A stretch of DNA of 64,000 nt from Nitrosopumilus sp. (lineage in GTDB: Archaea > Thermoproteota > Nitrososphaeria > Nitrososphaerales > Nitrosopumilaceae), in NCBI GenBank assembly GCA_965219345.1, contig OZ244732.1, positions 480,001 through 544,000 on the forward strand, written 5' to 3'. Positions 49,825 through 60,506 of the stretch are shown here, in pieces (the first letter of the stretch is position 1; every line of letters begins with the position of its first letter). Both the position numbers and the translations under genes were made by a program. Below the pieces are notes generated by a model that had not been told where the DNA came from, did not search any database, and was given only the letters and a program-made list of their open reading frames with translations.

Positions 49825-51754
49825 AATTTTCTTTATGTGAATCCCCAATGCCTGTTTCTTTAATCTGACTTTGACCAGCAGGTAAAACACGAACAAAGTC
49901 ATCTAAACTTATTTTCTTTGTAATTTCTTCATAAATTTTTGAAAATTCCACTCTTATTTTTTTGGCAGTGTCTACCATCTCTGATCCATGTGGTTCAATT
50001 ATTGCATAACAGATGGAATTTTTCTTAATAGTCTCGTGTGGGCCACATGTCAAGACATAATCATCCTCTTGAGGAATTATTCCTACAGCTAATTTGAGAT
50101 TTGTAGAATTGATAAAATTTCGCTGTCCTTCTATTGTAAAAGAACCTTTGGGAAGAAACTCTCCACTTGGTGCAGATTTTTTTACCTGTTCTGGATTAAC
50201 CCAAAAAGCACTTACTCCATACATTCCCTCTCTCCATGCACGACTAAAACAAACTGTAGCATGTGCAACTTCATTCATACTAGTAACTGGTGCATTTTTT
50301 GCATCTTTTAAAATAAAAAATGGTGATCCGTGAATATCTCCATGAAATATTTTATCGTCTTTTCCTAAATGTTTTCTAACTACAGCTGAATTTGATGCTG
50401 CATCTCTTCCACCAATTACAAGTAATCCATCAGATGTAAAGAACCACCTATATCTTTCATACCAGTTTTTCTTTCTAATTTCTGAAACTAGAATTAAATC
50501 CTTTTCAGATTCAGTTTTGTTCTGAAATTTTTCCAGCTTTTTCTTTGTTTTAGCTTTAATCTCTTCAATTGAAGTAATCGCATGAGATTGTTTTTTTGCT
50601 TCATCAAATAGAACTGACGCAATTGATTGGAGCGAAGCTTCAGTATTTATCTTGATTTTCTCATCTTGAATAACAATTAATGAAATTCCTTTTTCACTGA
50701 CTAATTTTGCATTATGACTAGCCAAAGTCTCCTGTGCAGTGACATCTTCTAATGATATTATACCGTTTGAAACCATCTCAAAAAGAGAATTTGCAACATT
50801 TGTAATGTTCTTTGATCTTTCCTTGACTGTTTCAATTGCCTTTTCTTGCTCAGAAATTTGGGTTTGTAATTCCTTGATTTTTTTATCAGAACTACTTGAT
50901 TGAATTGATTTTCCTTCTTCAACCAAGTCTTCTGTGAATACTGTATCTAGTCCTTCGATGAAACTATTGACATTTGTTATCTCTCCTTCTAATTCTCCTA
51001 ATCTTAATGGTAAAACTTCAGTTTTTTCATTTTTTACAATAATTGCATTATGTTTTCCTGATGAAACATCTGAAACAATCTTTTTTGTAGTTTCAAAAAT
51101 TTTCTTTATTTCTTCATGAGTTAACAGGTTTCCAGTCTTTTTTGAATCAATACATGCATTTTCAAAAATTCCCTCAACATATTTTTTTGGTAGCCCCAAA
51201 GTTCGTCCAAACCACTTTCCAGCAACCAAATCTGTTGTTTTTAGATCATCAAAATCTGATTCTGACATGTTAAAAATATCTAATCCACTTTTTGGGGGTT
51301 GCATATACTCTAGCCCAACGCGTAGCTTTCTATGCCTTACATCTATAGAATGCTGTAATGCAAGAATCTTCATATCATTATTGCAGAGTAAAATGTTACC
51401 ATCTCCAAAAAATTCACCAACCAAAACAAACTCTTTTCCAAATCCTTCAAAAGTAAAATATGCTATTCTTTCTGAACCGATCTGTTCTATTTTTTTTAAT
51501 TTTAGTCTAAGAAGATCACTTCTTAATCTTTTGAGTAATCTGTTTGGTTCCATCTGATCAATTTTCACTTTGGTTATCCAAACACCAAATGTTGAGATCA
51601 TCATGAAGAGATCACTTTTTTCAGTGTGATGAAGTTTGAAGAGAAGACTGTCTTTTGTAATTCCGTAAATATTGCTAACATAGTAGTCTTGAGCTTGTTT
51701 TGAAATCTGATCTACCAAATACCGTAATTCTATTCCTGCTAGTGTCATAACCAT
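49802..51754 (-). CDS. rqcH: Ribosome quality-control factor Rqc2/RqcH (NFACT family)
   Basis: EFFGDGNILL, WYERYRWF, GGRDAASN, HGDIHGSP, SGEFLPKGSF.I.G. Confidence 0.92.
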   Translation of the reverse strand: MVMTLAGIELRYLVDQISKQAQDYYVSNIYGITKDSLLFKLHHTEKSDLFMMISTFGVWITKVKIDQMEPNRLLKRLRSDLLRLKLKKIEQIGSERIAYFTFEGFGKEFVLVGEFFGDGNILLCNNDMKILALQHSIDVRHRKLRVGLEYMQPPKSGLDIFNMSESDFDDLKTTDLVAGKWFGRTLGLPKKYVEGIFENACIDSKKTGNLLTHEEIKKIFETTKKIVSDVSSGKHNAIIVKNEKTEVLPLRLGELEGEITNVNSFIEGLDTVFTEDLVEEGKSIQSSSSDKKIKELQTQISEQEKAIETVKERSKNITNVANSLFEMVSNGIISLEDVTAQETLASHNAKLVSEKGISLIVIQDEKIKINTEASLQSIASVLFDEAKKQSHAITSIEEIKAKTKKKLEKFQNKTESEKDLILVSEIRKKNWYERYRWFFTSDGLLVIGGRDAASNSAVVRKHLGKDDKIFHGDIHGSPFFILKDAKNAPVTSMNEVAHATVCFSRAWREGMYGVSAFWVNPEQVKKSAPSGEFLPKGSFTIEGQRNFINSTNLKLAVGIIPQEDDYVLTCGPHETIKKNSICYAIIEPHGSEMVDTAKKIRVEFSKIYEEITKKISLDDFVRVLPAGQSQIKETGIGDSHKENFTDNELD

Positions 51755-51850
51755 GTATTTTGTGTCTAAAATTATACTCTTGCTATAGTATGCTTAATCT
51801 GTGACCAAAGGTATTAAACATGGACTGCTTGAGACACGCTAGAAATTTAC

Positions 51851-52339
51851 TTGGCAAAATTCAAAAAGAAAAAATCTAAACCTATCTTTGAACCTGATGA
51901 TTCTAAGAAAGAATCTGTTAAGGAAGAATCAGTTGGTATTCCTGAAACAGAAAAATCAGAGCCTATTCCAGAAACCCCTTCAGTGGATCCCCCAATAAGT
52001 GAAGCTGCTAGGAGTGAGAAAGATAGGAAATTAAATAAATTATTTTGGATGCGAATTAGTTTAGCTATTATCGCAGGTACTGCAGCAACTTTCATCTTTG
52101 AAGATATTGAAGGTGAAGATAGAAGATGGGCTTCAATTGCATTTATGATAATAGTATTTTTTGGTTCAATTATAGTTGCAAAAGGAATGAAAATGCAATT
52201 ACCATCATCAGACAGAAAAAAAATTGTTACACAAGCTCTGGGAAGTTATGTCTTTCTATACTTATTCATTTGGATTTTAACTTATACAATTGTTAATTCA
52301 GGAAGTGTGTCAAGTGGAATTCCTACTCCGTTTTCCTAA
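51851..52339 (+). CDS. Three-TM membrane protein (possibly archaeal EMC6-like)
   Basis: Charged N-terminus then three hydrophobic helices (LFWMRISLAIIAG..., YVFLYLFIWILTY). Confidence 0.65.
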   Translation: MAKFKKKKSKPIFEPDDSKKESVKEESVGIPETEKSEPIPETPSVDPPISEAARSEKDRKLNKLFWMRISLAIIAGTAATFIFEDIEGEDRRWASIAFMIIVFFGSIIVAKGMKMQLPSSDRKKIVTQALGSYVFLYLFIWILTYTIVNSGSVSSGIPTPFS

Positions 52340-52361
52340 TTTAGTTAAGGAAAGAATGTAA

Positions 52362-52952
52362 ATGTGGAATTATAAAACACCTGGAATTCCTGATGAATAT
52401 TTTGAACGAACAGAAAATGTTCCAATCACAAAAGAAGAAGTAAGAACTATTCAAATTAGTAAGGGAAGACTAAAACCTGGACAAACTGTTTATGATATTG
52501 GCTGTGGAAGTGGTTCAATTTCTATTGAAGCAGCACTACAAGTAGAATCATCTGGTAAAGTATTGGCCATTGACTATGATGAAAATGCTATAGAACTAAC
52601 CAAAAAGAATATGTACAAATTTGACCTTTCAAATATTTCTGTAATTCATGGTAATGCTAAAGAAAAGATATTAGAACTTGAAGAAGCTGATGCAATATTC
52701 ATTGGAGGAACTGGTGGAGATACACAAGAAATAGTTGAGCTGTCTCAGAATAAACTAAAATCAGGAGGTAGAATTGTAATTGGTACAATATTGATTGAAA
52801 CACTTTATTCAGTATTACAAATTCTAGATAAATTACAGTTTGAGTCTGTCGATATTACGCAGGTAACCATATCTAAGAGTAGAAAAACTAGTACAGGAAC
52901 TATGATGCTTGCAAGAAATCCTGTAACCATTGTTTCCGCTACTAAAGCCTAA
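52362..52952 (+). CDS. cbiT: Cobalt-precorrin-6B C15-methyltransferase (decarboxylating)
   Basis: PGIPDE.F, PITKEEVR, DIGCGSGS, FIGG, ARNPV. Confidence 0.95.
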   Translation: MWNYKTPGIPDEYFERTENVPITKEEVRTIQISKGRLKPGQTVYDIGCGSGSISIEAALQVESSGKVLAIDYDENAIELTKKNMYKFDLSNISVIHGNAKEKILELEEADAIFIGGTGGDTQEIVELSQNKLKSGGRIVIGTILIETLYSVLQILDKLQFESVDITQVTISKSRKTSTGTMMLARNPVTIVSATKA

Positions 52953-52988
52953 CCTAGATTTTTAATTGGGATATTAGGCACACATTTC

Positions 52989-53711
52989 ATGACTGGATTA
53001 ATTGGGATTGGAGTAGGTCCTGGGGATCCTGATTTACTTACAGTCAAGGCAGTAAAAGCAATCCAAAATGCCGATATTATCATGTGTCCTGCTTCTAAAG
53101 AAGATAGACCAAGCATTGCTCTATCTGTAATAGAACCTATAATTGACAAATCAAAAAGTCAAGAAATCATAAAGTTAATTTTTCCAATGACTAAAGATAA
53201 AGATATTCTGGAAGCATCTTGGAAAAGAAATGCCATAATAATGGCTGAAACTGTTTTGAAAGGAAAAAATGTTGTGTATATTACAGTAGGTGATCCATAT
53301 CTCTATAGTACTTGGATATACATGCACAGAGATTTAAAAGAAAAATATCCTGATATGGATATTAGTGTAGTTCCAGGAATTGTTTCAATATTTTCCTTTG
53401 CTTCAAAAGTTGGTATTAGTGTTGCAGAGGGTGCAGAAAAAGTTGCAATTATTCCATCTTGTTATGATCTATCTAGTGTAAAAGAGATTGCAAAGCATTC
53501 CGAATCAATGATATTTCTTAAAGATGGTAGATACTTTGATCAAGTAATTGAGGTTCTAAAAGAATCTGGATTCCCTGATAATTCTCTTTTTGCAATTGGA
53601 CAAGACTTAGGGACAGAAAATGAAATTATACGAACAATGACTTTGGGCGAAGTGAATGATTCATCATTAACTACAAAATATTTTTCAATTTTGGTGGTAA
53701 AACGTGTCTGA
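52989..53711 (+). CDS. cbiL: Cobalt-precorrin-2 C20-methyltransferase
   Basis: GVGPGDPDLLTVKA, FPM, GDPYLYST, YFS. Confidence 0.93.
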   Translation: MTGLIGIGVGPGDPDLLTVKAVKAIQNADIIMCPASKEDRPSIALSVIEPIIDKSKSQEIIKLIFPMTKDKDILEASWKRNAIIMAETVLKGKNVVYITVGDPYLYSTWIYMHRDLKEKYPDMDISVVPGIVSIFSFASKVGISVAEGAEKVAIIPSCYDLSSVKEIAKHSESMIFLKDGRYFDQVIEVLKESGFPDNSLFAIGQDLGTENEIIRTMTLGEVNDSSLTTKYFSILVVKRV

Positions 53712-54468
53712 TGTATTTTTTGTTGGATGTGGTCCAGGAGATCCTGAGCTAATTACAATTAAAGCAAAAAAACTAATTCAAAAAGCAGATGTTGTTGTTT
53801 TTTCTGGATCTTTAATTCCAAACCCTATATTGAAATTATGTAAAAAAGGAAAGTTACATGATGCAGCAAAACTAGTTAGAGAAGAAATTTTTGATTTGTT
53901 ATACAAAAATGCAAAAAAAGGTAAATTAGTAGTTAGACTTCATGATGGAGATCCTTCAATTTATGGTGCAATTAAAGAGCAGATTGATAATCTAGAGAAA
54001 AAAGGGATCAAATCAACTGTTGTGCCTGGTGTTACTGCATTTTTAGCCTCAGCTGCCGCACTTGGGACTCAATTAACACTTCCAGGAGTAACTCAAACGA
54101 TAATCGTAACTAGAGCAGAATCCAGAACTAAAGTTCCAAAACGCGAAAAAATTTCTGAACTTGCTAAACATAAAGCAACATTGATTTTTTATCTTAGCAT
54201 TCATTTGATATCAAATTTAGTAACAGAAGCAATTGCAGGTGGATACAAAAAATCAACACCAGTAGCCGTAGTGTATAGAGCAAGCTGGAAAGATCAAAAA
54301 ATTATCAAAGGAACACTTGGAGATATTGCAAAAAAAACTAAAGAAGAAAAGATTACTAGAACTGCAATAGTGATAATTAGTGATGTAATAAATCCTAAAT
54401 CATACGAATACTCTAAACTATATGACAAAAAATTTAGTCATGGATATAGAAAAGCTAAAGTCAAATAG
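53704..54468 (+). CDS. cbiF: Cobalt-precorrin-4 C11-methyltransferase
   Basis: GPGDPELITIK, RLHDGDPSIYGA, QTIIVTR, SKLYD..FSH. Confidence 0.95.
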   Translation: MSDVFFVGCGPGDPELITIKAKKLIQKADVVVFSGSLIPNPILKLCKKGKLHDAAKLVREEIFDLLYKNAKKGKLVVRLHDGDPSIYGAIKEQIDNLEKKGIKSTVVPGVTAFLASAAALGTQLTLPGVTQTIIVTRAESRTKVPKREKISELAKHKATLIFYLSIHLISNLVTEAIAGGYKKSTPVAVVYRASWKDQKIIKGTLGDIAKKTKEEKITRTAIVIISDVINPKSYEYSKLYDKKFSHGYRKAKVK

Positions 54469-55225
54469 ACAAAGAACTAACTTTGTTTTTAATACCTAAC
54501 TTGTTTAATTTTTGTTGAAATGTTTTCACATCTCCTGATGTAAAAATTTTTAATGAATTTCTTTCTGACTGTTTATTTTTAATTTTTGTATAAATTTTCT
54601 GTGCAATAATATTTCCTGGATCAATAAATTGTATATGTGGATATTCATTTTCTAATAATAATTTTAAAAATGGTAAATGAGTACTGGAAAGTGTAACTGT
54701 ATCAATATACTGCTTAGATAAAATTGGTTGTAAAGTTTTTTTTATAATTTTTTTACAATATTTTTTATCTGTGAGAAATTTTCCTGACTCTACTAATTCT
54801 ACAAGATTAGAACCAGTAATCTTAAAAATTCTAAAAGATTTTGGAAAATTATTTTTTTTAATGTATTCTGTTAGACCTTTACTATTTATTGCAGCTTTTG
54901 TTGCAAGAATCCCAATTTGTTTTGACTTTGAAATTTTTCGAGCATAACTCAAAGGTGGTTTTACATCAATTATTTTTCTTGTTGCTAAATTTAGCATTAG
55001 ACTAGGCGTGTTAGATGCAACAACTATGATGTCAGGCGTAAACCTTTCCTGTAATAGTTTGATTGATTTCTGTATGATTTTATGTAATTGAGCCTGTGAT
55101 TTTTTTCCGTAAGGATAGTTTTGCTGGTCCGCAAAATAGATAATCTCAGCCTTGGATATTTTTTGAATTGCACGAATTATGGATAATGAACCTAATCCAG
55201 AATCAAAAACTGCAATTTTGACCAC
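54461..55225 (-). CDS. Glutamate racemase (MurI)-like protein with Ser at both catalytic Cys positions
   Basis: IAVFDSGLGSL, YFAD...PYG.K, VASNT, LVELVE.G, LSSTHLP; start set at GTG 55225. Confidence 0.85.
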   Translation of the reverse strand: MVKIAVFDSGLGSLSIIRAIQKISKAEIIYFADQQNYPYGKKSQAQLHKIIQKSIKLLQERFTPDIIVVASNTPSLMLNLATRKIIDVKPPLSYARKISKSKQIGILATKAAINSKGLTEYIKKNNFPKSFRIFKITGSNLVELVESGKFLTDKKYCKKIIKKTLQPILSKQYIDTVTLSSTHLPFLKLLLENEYPHIQFIDPGNIIAQKIYTKIKNKQSERNSLKIFTSGDVKTFQQKLNKLGIKNKVSSLSI

Positions 55226-55330
55226 AAAATTACAGGTACAAATCACACATTTAGTTTGTTAGCTAAATTTAGTCAAAAGCCGATCTAAATTTACACCTCT
55301 CATTAAGAATTAACTCCAAAAGTAGCAGGC

Positions 55331-55987
55331 ATGCCAAACTTCGACAAGACTTGGGCTCGACAAGAGACCCAAAGCGTAACTGGCAAACTCCGTGAAGCAG
55401 TAAAGCCTCAAGGTGCATTGAAGCCACGAATTCAGACTGCGGTAAACAAACTACAAGTCCAAATCACAAAAATGGACTCTATGTTAAGTAAACTGCAAGA
55501 AAGAGATGCTCAACTCTTTCAGAGAGTCGTAACTGCAATGCAACAACACGATACTAGCACAAGTAGAGTTTTGTCCAACGAATTAGCTGAAATTCGTAAA
55601 GTTACAAAGATGCTCGGCAACGCAAGAATGTCATTAGAACAAGTTCAACTAAGACTGACAACTATTCATGATCTTGGTGATGCTATGGTAGCAATTGGAC
55701 CAGCGATGTCTACAATGAAGGGATTGAAGTCATCATTAGGAAGATTCATGCCAGAAGCAGACTCAGAATTGAATGCAATGTCTCAGACACTTAATGGACT
55801 TATGATGGACTCACTTGCAGGAGACTCATTTAACATGGAGTCCGATGCTTCAAGTGAAGAAACAGAAAAGATTCTACAAGAAGCATCTGCAGTAGCTGAG
55901 CAACAGATAGGAGAGAAATTCCCATCTGTGCCATATTCAACTGGACTTTCGTCTCAAACTTCTACTTCTACTTCTACATTTGAGTAG
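55331..55987 (+). CDS. ESCRT-III (Snf7/CdvB paralog)
   Basis: Coiled-coil; ANELAEIRK-like SNELAEIRK, LEQVQLRL.T..DLGD, ILQEAS..AE..FP. Confidence 0.88.
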   Translation: MPNFDKTWARQETQSVTGKLREAVKPQGALKPRIQTAVNKLQVQITKMDSMLSKLQERDAQLFQRVVTAMQQHDTSTSRVLSNELAEIRKVTKMLGNARMSLEQVQLRLTTIHDLGDAMVAIGPAMSTMKGLKSSLGRFMPEADSELNAMSQTLNGLMMDSLAGDSFNMESDASSEETEKILQEASAVAEQQIGEKFPSVPYSTGLSSQTSTSTSTFE

Positions 55988-56036
55988 CTAGTAAGTAGAG
56001 ACGTAAGCCATTCTTTTTATTTTAATTTCTAAAAAA

Positions 56037-57212
56037 CTAACCCAATAGCTTTTCTTTGAAGGTGTATTTTTTGTTTAAAACAAAATTTCCAAAAGCTGCA
56101 GTCATTACTGCCAAAATCAAGGCCAGTGGATAAGACATCTCATTGCTATCTACAAGGAAATATACCATTCCTAGTTGTATTAGTGCACCTAACGAACTAA
56201 ACATTGCAAACTTTCCATACTGCGAAATTGTCTTTTTAACTCTGAAATCTCTATCGCCAAACGTCCATGTCTTGTTTAAAACAAAGTTAGTAGTAATTGA
56301 TGCAATAATTCCTATAACATTTGCATGTAAATACCATAACTCAGAAACTCCTCCAGTAAGTAGTAATGAAATCAGATAATTTACAATGAATCCTGAAGCG
56401 CCTACTGTGTAGAATCTTCCAGCCTTGTAAAGGAACTTTACTGATGAACGCTTTTCTTGTTTTTCTAGTTGTTTACCATATCTATACAACTTCCAAACTG
56501 ATCTGTAATAATCAAAAATAGTTTTGATACTTAGTTTGCTAGAACCAAGTTCTCGGTCCTGAAAAGTATATGGAATCTCTTTAATGTTAACATCTTTTGT
56601 TTTAACTAAAATTTCTAAAAGAAACTTGTAACCTATTGCATCAATGTTTAATCCTTTGATAATATTTCGTTTGAACGCAAAAAATCCTGACATTGGATCC
56701 TTTGTATCTATTCCTAATCCTTTTTTTGCAATCAAAGTTGCAAACTTGCTCATAGTTTTTCTTTTTAATGACCAACCTTGAACTTTTCCGCCGTTGATGT
56801 ATCGTGATGCTACTGCAATATCGAATTGATATTTTTTTATTGATTCAATTAGTTTTGGAATAATTTGTGGTGGATGAGAAAAATCACTGTCCATCACTAC
56901 AATTGTATCACCTGTTGCATGCTGAATTCCTTTTAGAATTGCAGAACCTAAACCATTTTTTGCCGTTCTATGAACAATATCAATGGTATAGTCTGCCATT
57001 CTTTTGAAATCTTTTAGATATTCTTCAACAATTTTACCTGTTCCGTCTGGGGAATTATCATCTACAACTATGGCTTCTGTTCGTAAATTTTTTGGTAAAT
57101 TGCTTCCAATTGATTTTAGAATTTGAATGATATTCTGAGATTCATTGTACGTTGGAATAATTATAGAGACTTGGGCACTATTTCCAATAGAGTATATCTC
57201 AGATGATGACAT
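56037..57212 (-). CDS. GT2 dolichol-phosphate mannosyltransferase-like enzyme fused to a GtrA domain
   Basis: IIPTYNE, VDDNSPDGT, MDSDFSHPP, DPMSGFF; C-terminal 4-TM NFVLNK.WTF. Confidence 0.92.
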   Translation of the reverse strand: MSSSEIYSIGNSAQVSIIIPTYNESQNIIQILKSIGSNLPKNLRTEAIVVDDNSPDGTGKIVEEYLKDFKRMADYTIDIVHRTAKNGLGSAILKGIQHATGDTIVVMDSDFSHPPQIIPKLIESIKKYQFDIAVASRYINGGKVQGWSLKRKTMSKFATLIAKKGLGIDTKDPMSGFFAFKRNIIKGLNIDAIGYKFLLEILVKTKDVNIKEIPYTFQDRELGSSKLSIKTIFDYYRSVWKLYRYGKQLEKQEKRSSVKFLYKAGRFYTVGASGFIVNYLISLLLTGGVSELWYLHANVIGIIASITTNFVLNKTWTFGDRDFRVKKTISQYGKFAMFSSLGALIQLGMVYFLVDSNEMSYPLALILAVMTAAFGNFVLNKKYTFKEKLLG

Positions 57213-57507
57213 GTCATTTTACCAAAAATATACGTGGTTATTAATTTTTTAATCAAACTTTTTAGTAGATGCTGTAAGATTGACTCTGTTTTAAGAATGG
57301 ACTCTCAAAGCCAAGTAGAATAGAATGAATCTACATCTTTTCTCGGAAATGAAAGAGACGACTTTGTCAAATATCGAGATAAAATGGTATGTCTCTAAAT
57401 AGCTGATCGCATCTCAAACGAGAATGTCAAAATGTGTAACTAAAGTTTGTTACAATTTCACGTATGGTTTAAGTATCATTCAAGTAACATCATAATTTAG
57501 GATCGGC

Positions 57508-57828
57508 ATAGGAATTGGGAAGTATACTGTTGTAGTATTATCTATTGTATTACTATTAGGTAATCTTGGACTTGTACAAAGTGCTCAAGCACATCCTCCT
57601 GATGCCAGTTTTGAGCTTTTTTTTAAAGACCCTTCTCATGTAACTGGATTTGATCTTCTAATAAAACATCTTGGTACTGATATTATTGCTTTTGTTGTTT
57701 CATCATCAGAACCTTTTGGAATACCATTAACTATACTTCCAGCACCCTTTGCATATGAGGTTACAATTAGTATAGATTATTGGGTAACACCTTGGGTAGA
57801 AACTTCTATGCCAGAAGGAAATCAGTAA
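57508..57828 (+). pseudogene. 106-codon open frame with a signal peptide but an ATA start (non-canonical start or pseudogene)
   Basis: (I/M)GIGKYTVVVLSIVLLLGNLGLVQSAQA-HPPDASF...; TATA-like TTTAAGTA about 33 nt upstream; in-frame stop at 57493. Confidence 0.5.
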
Positions 57829-57852
57829 TGTATAGTCAGAATATTTACAAAT

Positions 57853-58524
57853 CTAATGACGTTTCTTAGTTAGAATCAATGCCCCAACTATAACGAAAAG
57901 ACCTACTGCAAGAAAGAACGGATACAAAGCAAAGATGTTCTCTGCAGGATCGCCGGAAAGAAATTCTACAATCATAGTTCCTGAATTTACTGCAGGGGGA
58001 TCAGTAGAGCCCTCCATTCCATGAACAGAGTAAGAATCAAATGCAAATACATCAATGTCCAGATTGGTAACTACAATTCTTGCCCCATTGTTTACAGTCA
58101 GTCCTGCTCTGTCAGTGTAAGATATGATTAGTTTTGCATCTGGATACCAACCTCTATCCAGATCTCTAAAAACTACAATGTACCCCTCTTTTGGAGTTTT
58201 AACTGCAACCCACAACTTGTTGTCAGGTTGTGAACCCATTCCAACTTCGATAAATTCTGTTCCTGAAGGATCTTGATTATATATTCTAAGAGCAGCATTT
58301 CCATCTGGGTTTGCATAGAGTAGATTGTTATCAATTGTTACTTGCCAGCTAGTACTATGAACATCATCAAGTGAAATGATTGGTGCATCTCGTAAAACCG
58401 TATTAAATTCCTCTGCAGAGATTTCTAGAGTATCAATAATTACTGAGGGATTATTCACATCTTGAGCAAATGCCGGAGTGGTAAAAAATCCTGCAAGCAA
58501 GACAATTGCAAATAGATACTTCAG
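57853..58524 (-). CDS. Secreted, C-terminally membrane-anchored hypothetical protein
   Basis: Signal peptide (L/M)KYLFAIVLLAGFFTTPAFA; C-terminal TM plus KKRH; likely start CTG 58524 (ORF track 58563). Confidence 0.75.
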   Translation of the reverse strand: MKYLFAIVLLAGFFTTPAFAQDVNNPSVIIDTLEISAEEFNTVLRDAPIISLDDVHSTSWQVTIDNNLLYANPDGNAALRIYNQDPSGTEFIEVGMGSQPDNKLWVAVKTPKEGYIVVFRDLDRGWYPDAKLIISYTDRAGLTVNNGARIVVTNLDIDVFAFDSYSVHGMEGSTDPPAVNSGTMIVEFLSGDPAENIFALYPFFLAVGLFVIVGALILTKKRH

Positions 58525-58552
58525 ACTCGTTCGAATTTGATTGAATAAATAT

Positions 58553-59695
58553 CTAATCAACAAAAGGCTTTGGATGATCCAAGATTACTTGAGCTACTTC
58601 AGGTCTTAGAATAAATTCAGAGGGGGATTGGCCGTTTTGAATCATCTCTCTTAGTTTAGTTCCACTAATCTGCTCTTTTGCATCATCTTCATGTGGACAT
58701 GCCTTTGGGGTTGTGTATGTAAGACATTTCTTACAATAGAAGAATGGTGGAAAGAATACTGGAGAAATTTCTAATTCTGGATAGTCATCAAAGATTTTTT
58801 GTGCTGCAAATGGATCATAAAATTTTCCAACACCTGCATGGTCTCTTCCAATAATGATATGTGTGCAACCATAGTTCTGTCTCATAATTGCATGATGGAT
58901 CGCCTCTTTTGGTCCAGCATACTTCATCTCAGTGTGTAGAGTTCCAAGTTGACATCTATTTTCTGGATAGTATAATTTTATCATGGTTTCATAACATTGT
59001 ACAATTACCTCATCAACAAAGTCACCAGACTTTTTCTTTCCAATAATTGGATTAACAAACACTCCATCACGTGTTGTAATTGCTGTTTTTTGTAGCATTT
59101 CGTGTGCTACGTGTGGAGGATTTCTAGTTTGAAATGCACAGATTTTCTTCCATCCTGCTTGCGCAAATGCCTCTCTTGTTTGGTTAGGAGTTAGTCTATG
59201 TTTTCTGATCTCAGTATCTTCTGGTCTTTGAATATAGTCAATCTTCCCACCTACCAGATAATCCTTCATTGACATTGTCTTTGAAACACCTGGGTGAGCA
59301 GAGTCATTTGTTCCATAGACTCCTTGTACAGTCTTTTCTTTATCAAAAGAATATGTTTCTTCAACATGTAATACAGCAACACCAACTCCTTGAGGATTTT
59401 GTAGTAGTACATCTCCTGTTGCTTTCATTTTAGAAGCTGTTTGCTCATCAACATCAAGTACAATTGGAATAGTCCAAGCTAGATCATTTGCTAATCTGCC
59501 TCGTAAAACAACGCTTTCAAAGTCTTTTTGTCCCAAGAATCCCTCTAGAGGACTAAAAATTCCATCTGCTATATTTTCAACATCATTTGCGAGATCCTCA
59601 CTAATTGTAATTGAGAATAGTCCAGTAGGATCAACTTTGGTAATTCTGTTAACTAAAACCCCACCGTGTGGTTTAATTGAATTATTTTCTGACAT
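58553..59695 (-). CDS. sat: Sulfate adenylyltransferase (ATP sulfurylase)
   Basis: [42 protein letters not shown]. Confidence 0.97.
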   Translation of the reverse strand: MSENNSIKPHGGVLVNRITKVDPTGLFSITISEDLANDVENIADGIFSPLEGFLGQKDFESVVLRGRLANDLAWTIPIVLDVDEQTASKMKATGDVLLQNPQGVGVAVLHVEETYSFDKEKTVQGVYGTNDSAHPGVSKTMSMKDYLVGGKIDYIQRPEDTEIRKHRLTPNQTREAFAQAGWKKICAFQTRNPPHVAHEMLQKTAITTRDGVFVNPIIGKKKSGDFVDEVIVQCYETMIKLYYPENRCQLGTLHTEMKYAGPKEAIHHAIMRQNYGCTHIIIGRDHAGVGKFYDPFAAQKIFDDYPELEISPVFFPPFFYCKKCLTYTTPKACPHEDDAKEQISGTKLREMIQNGQSPSEFILRPEVAQVILDHPKPFVD

Positions 59696-59705
59696 GCAAA
59701 ATCCT

Positions 59706-60434
59706 CTACTTATGGTCTATATGAAGGCCACACTCTTTGTTTCCGCCTTCTTCCCACCACCATCTTCCCGCTCGAAGATCTTCTCCAGGTTTAATGGGTC
59801 TTGTACAAGGCTCACAACCAACACTTGGATAACCTTTGGCAAGAAGACTGTTCTGTGGTAGATTATTCTTTTTGATATATTCTTGAATTTGTTCCCAAGT
59901 CCAATCCATTATCGGATTAATCTTTAGAATATCACCATGTCCATGGTCGAGTTGAAATATTGTAGCATTTTCTCTAGTTTTAGTCTGATCATGTCTTAAT
60001 CCAGTAATCCAACCATCCAATGTACTCAACATCTTATTGATTGGGTGTACTTTGCGAATTTCACAGCACAGTTTTCTATTCTCTACACTTTCATAGAAGA
60101 GATTAACTCCCTTTTCTCTAACCATATCTTCAACTTCTTTGGCATCAGGGAATAGTACTTCAATTGAAATATTGTATTTTTTTCTTACAACATCCATTAT
60201 GTCATAGGTTTCTTGTGGTAGTCTTCCAGTATCTAATGTAAAGAATCTAAATTTCGGATTAATCTTTATCATAATGTCTATAATTACTGAATCTTCTGCG
60301 CCAAAACTTGATGCTTTTGCAACTTTAGGATGAAGGTTATCTGAAGCCCATTGAAGCGTCTCTTCAGCGGTCTTTATTCTTGAGTTAAGATAATCTACTT
60401 GTTCTTGTGTGAATTTTGTCATATTTTCATTCAA
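59706..60434 (-). CDS. cysH: APS/PAPS reductase (Fe-S motifs suggest APS reductase)
   Basis: [43 protein letters not shown]. Confidence 0.95.
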   Translation of the reverse strand: MNENMTKFTQEQVDYLNSRIKTAEETLQWASDNLHPKVAKASSFGAEDSVIIDIMIKINPKFRFFTLDTGRLPQETYDIMDVVRKKYNISIEVLFPDAKEVEDMVREKGVNLFYESVENRKLCCEIRKVHPINKMLSTLDGWITGLRHDQTKTRENATIFQLDHGHGDILKINPIMDWTWEQIQEYIKKNNLPQNSLLAKGYPSVGCEPCTRPIKPGEDLRAGRWWWEEGGNKECGLHIDHK

Positions 60435-60506
60435 AGTATTTGTTTTATATTGATTACCCGAAGTTTTGTCCTAAATTATAAACAAGTAGATTTCAAAATA
60501 GAAAAG

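Noticed and set aside
55958-55977. ACTTCT x3 microsatellite at the end of the ESCRT-III gene
   Set aside because: Short low-complexity Ser/Thr tail; too small to interpret
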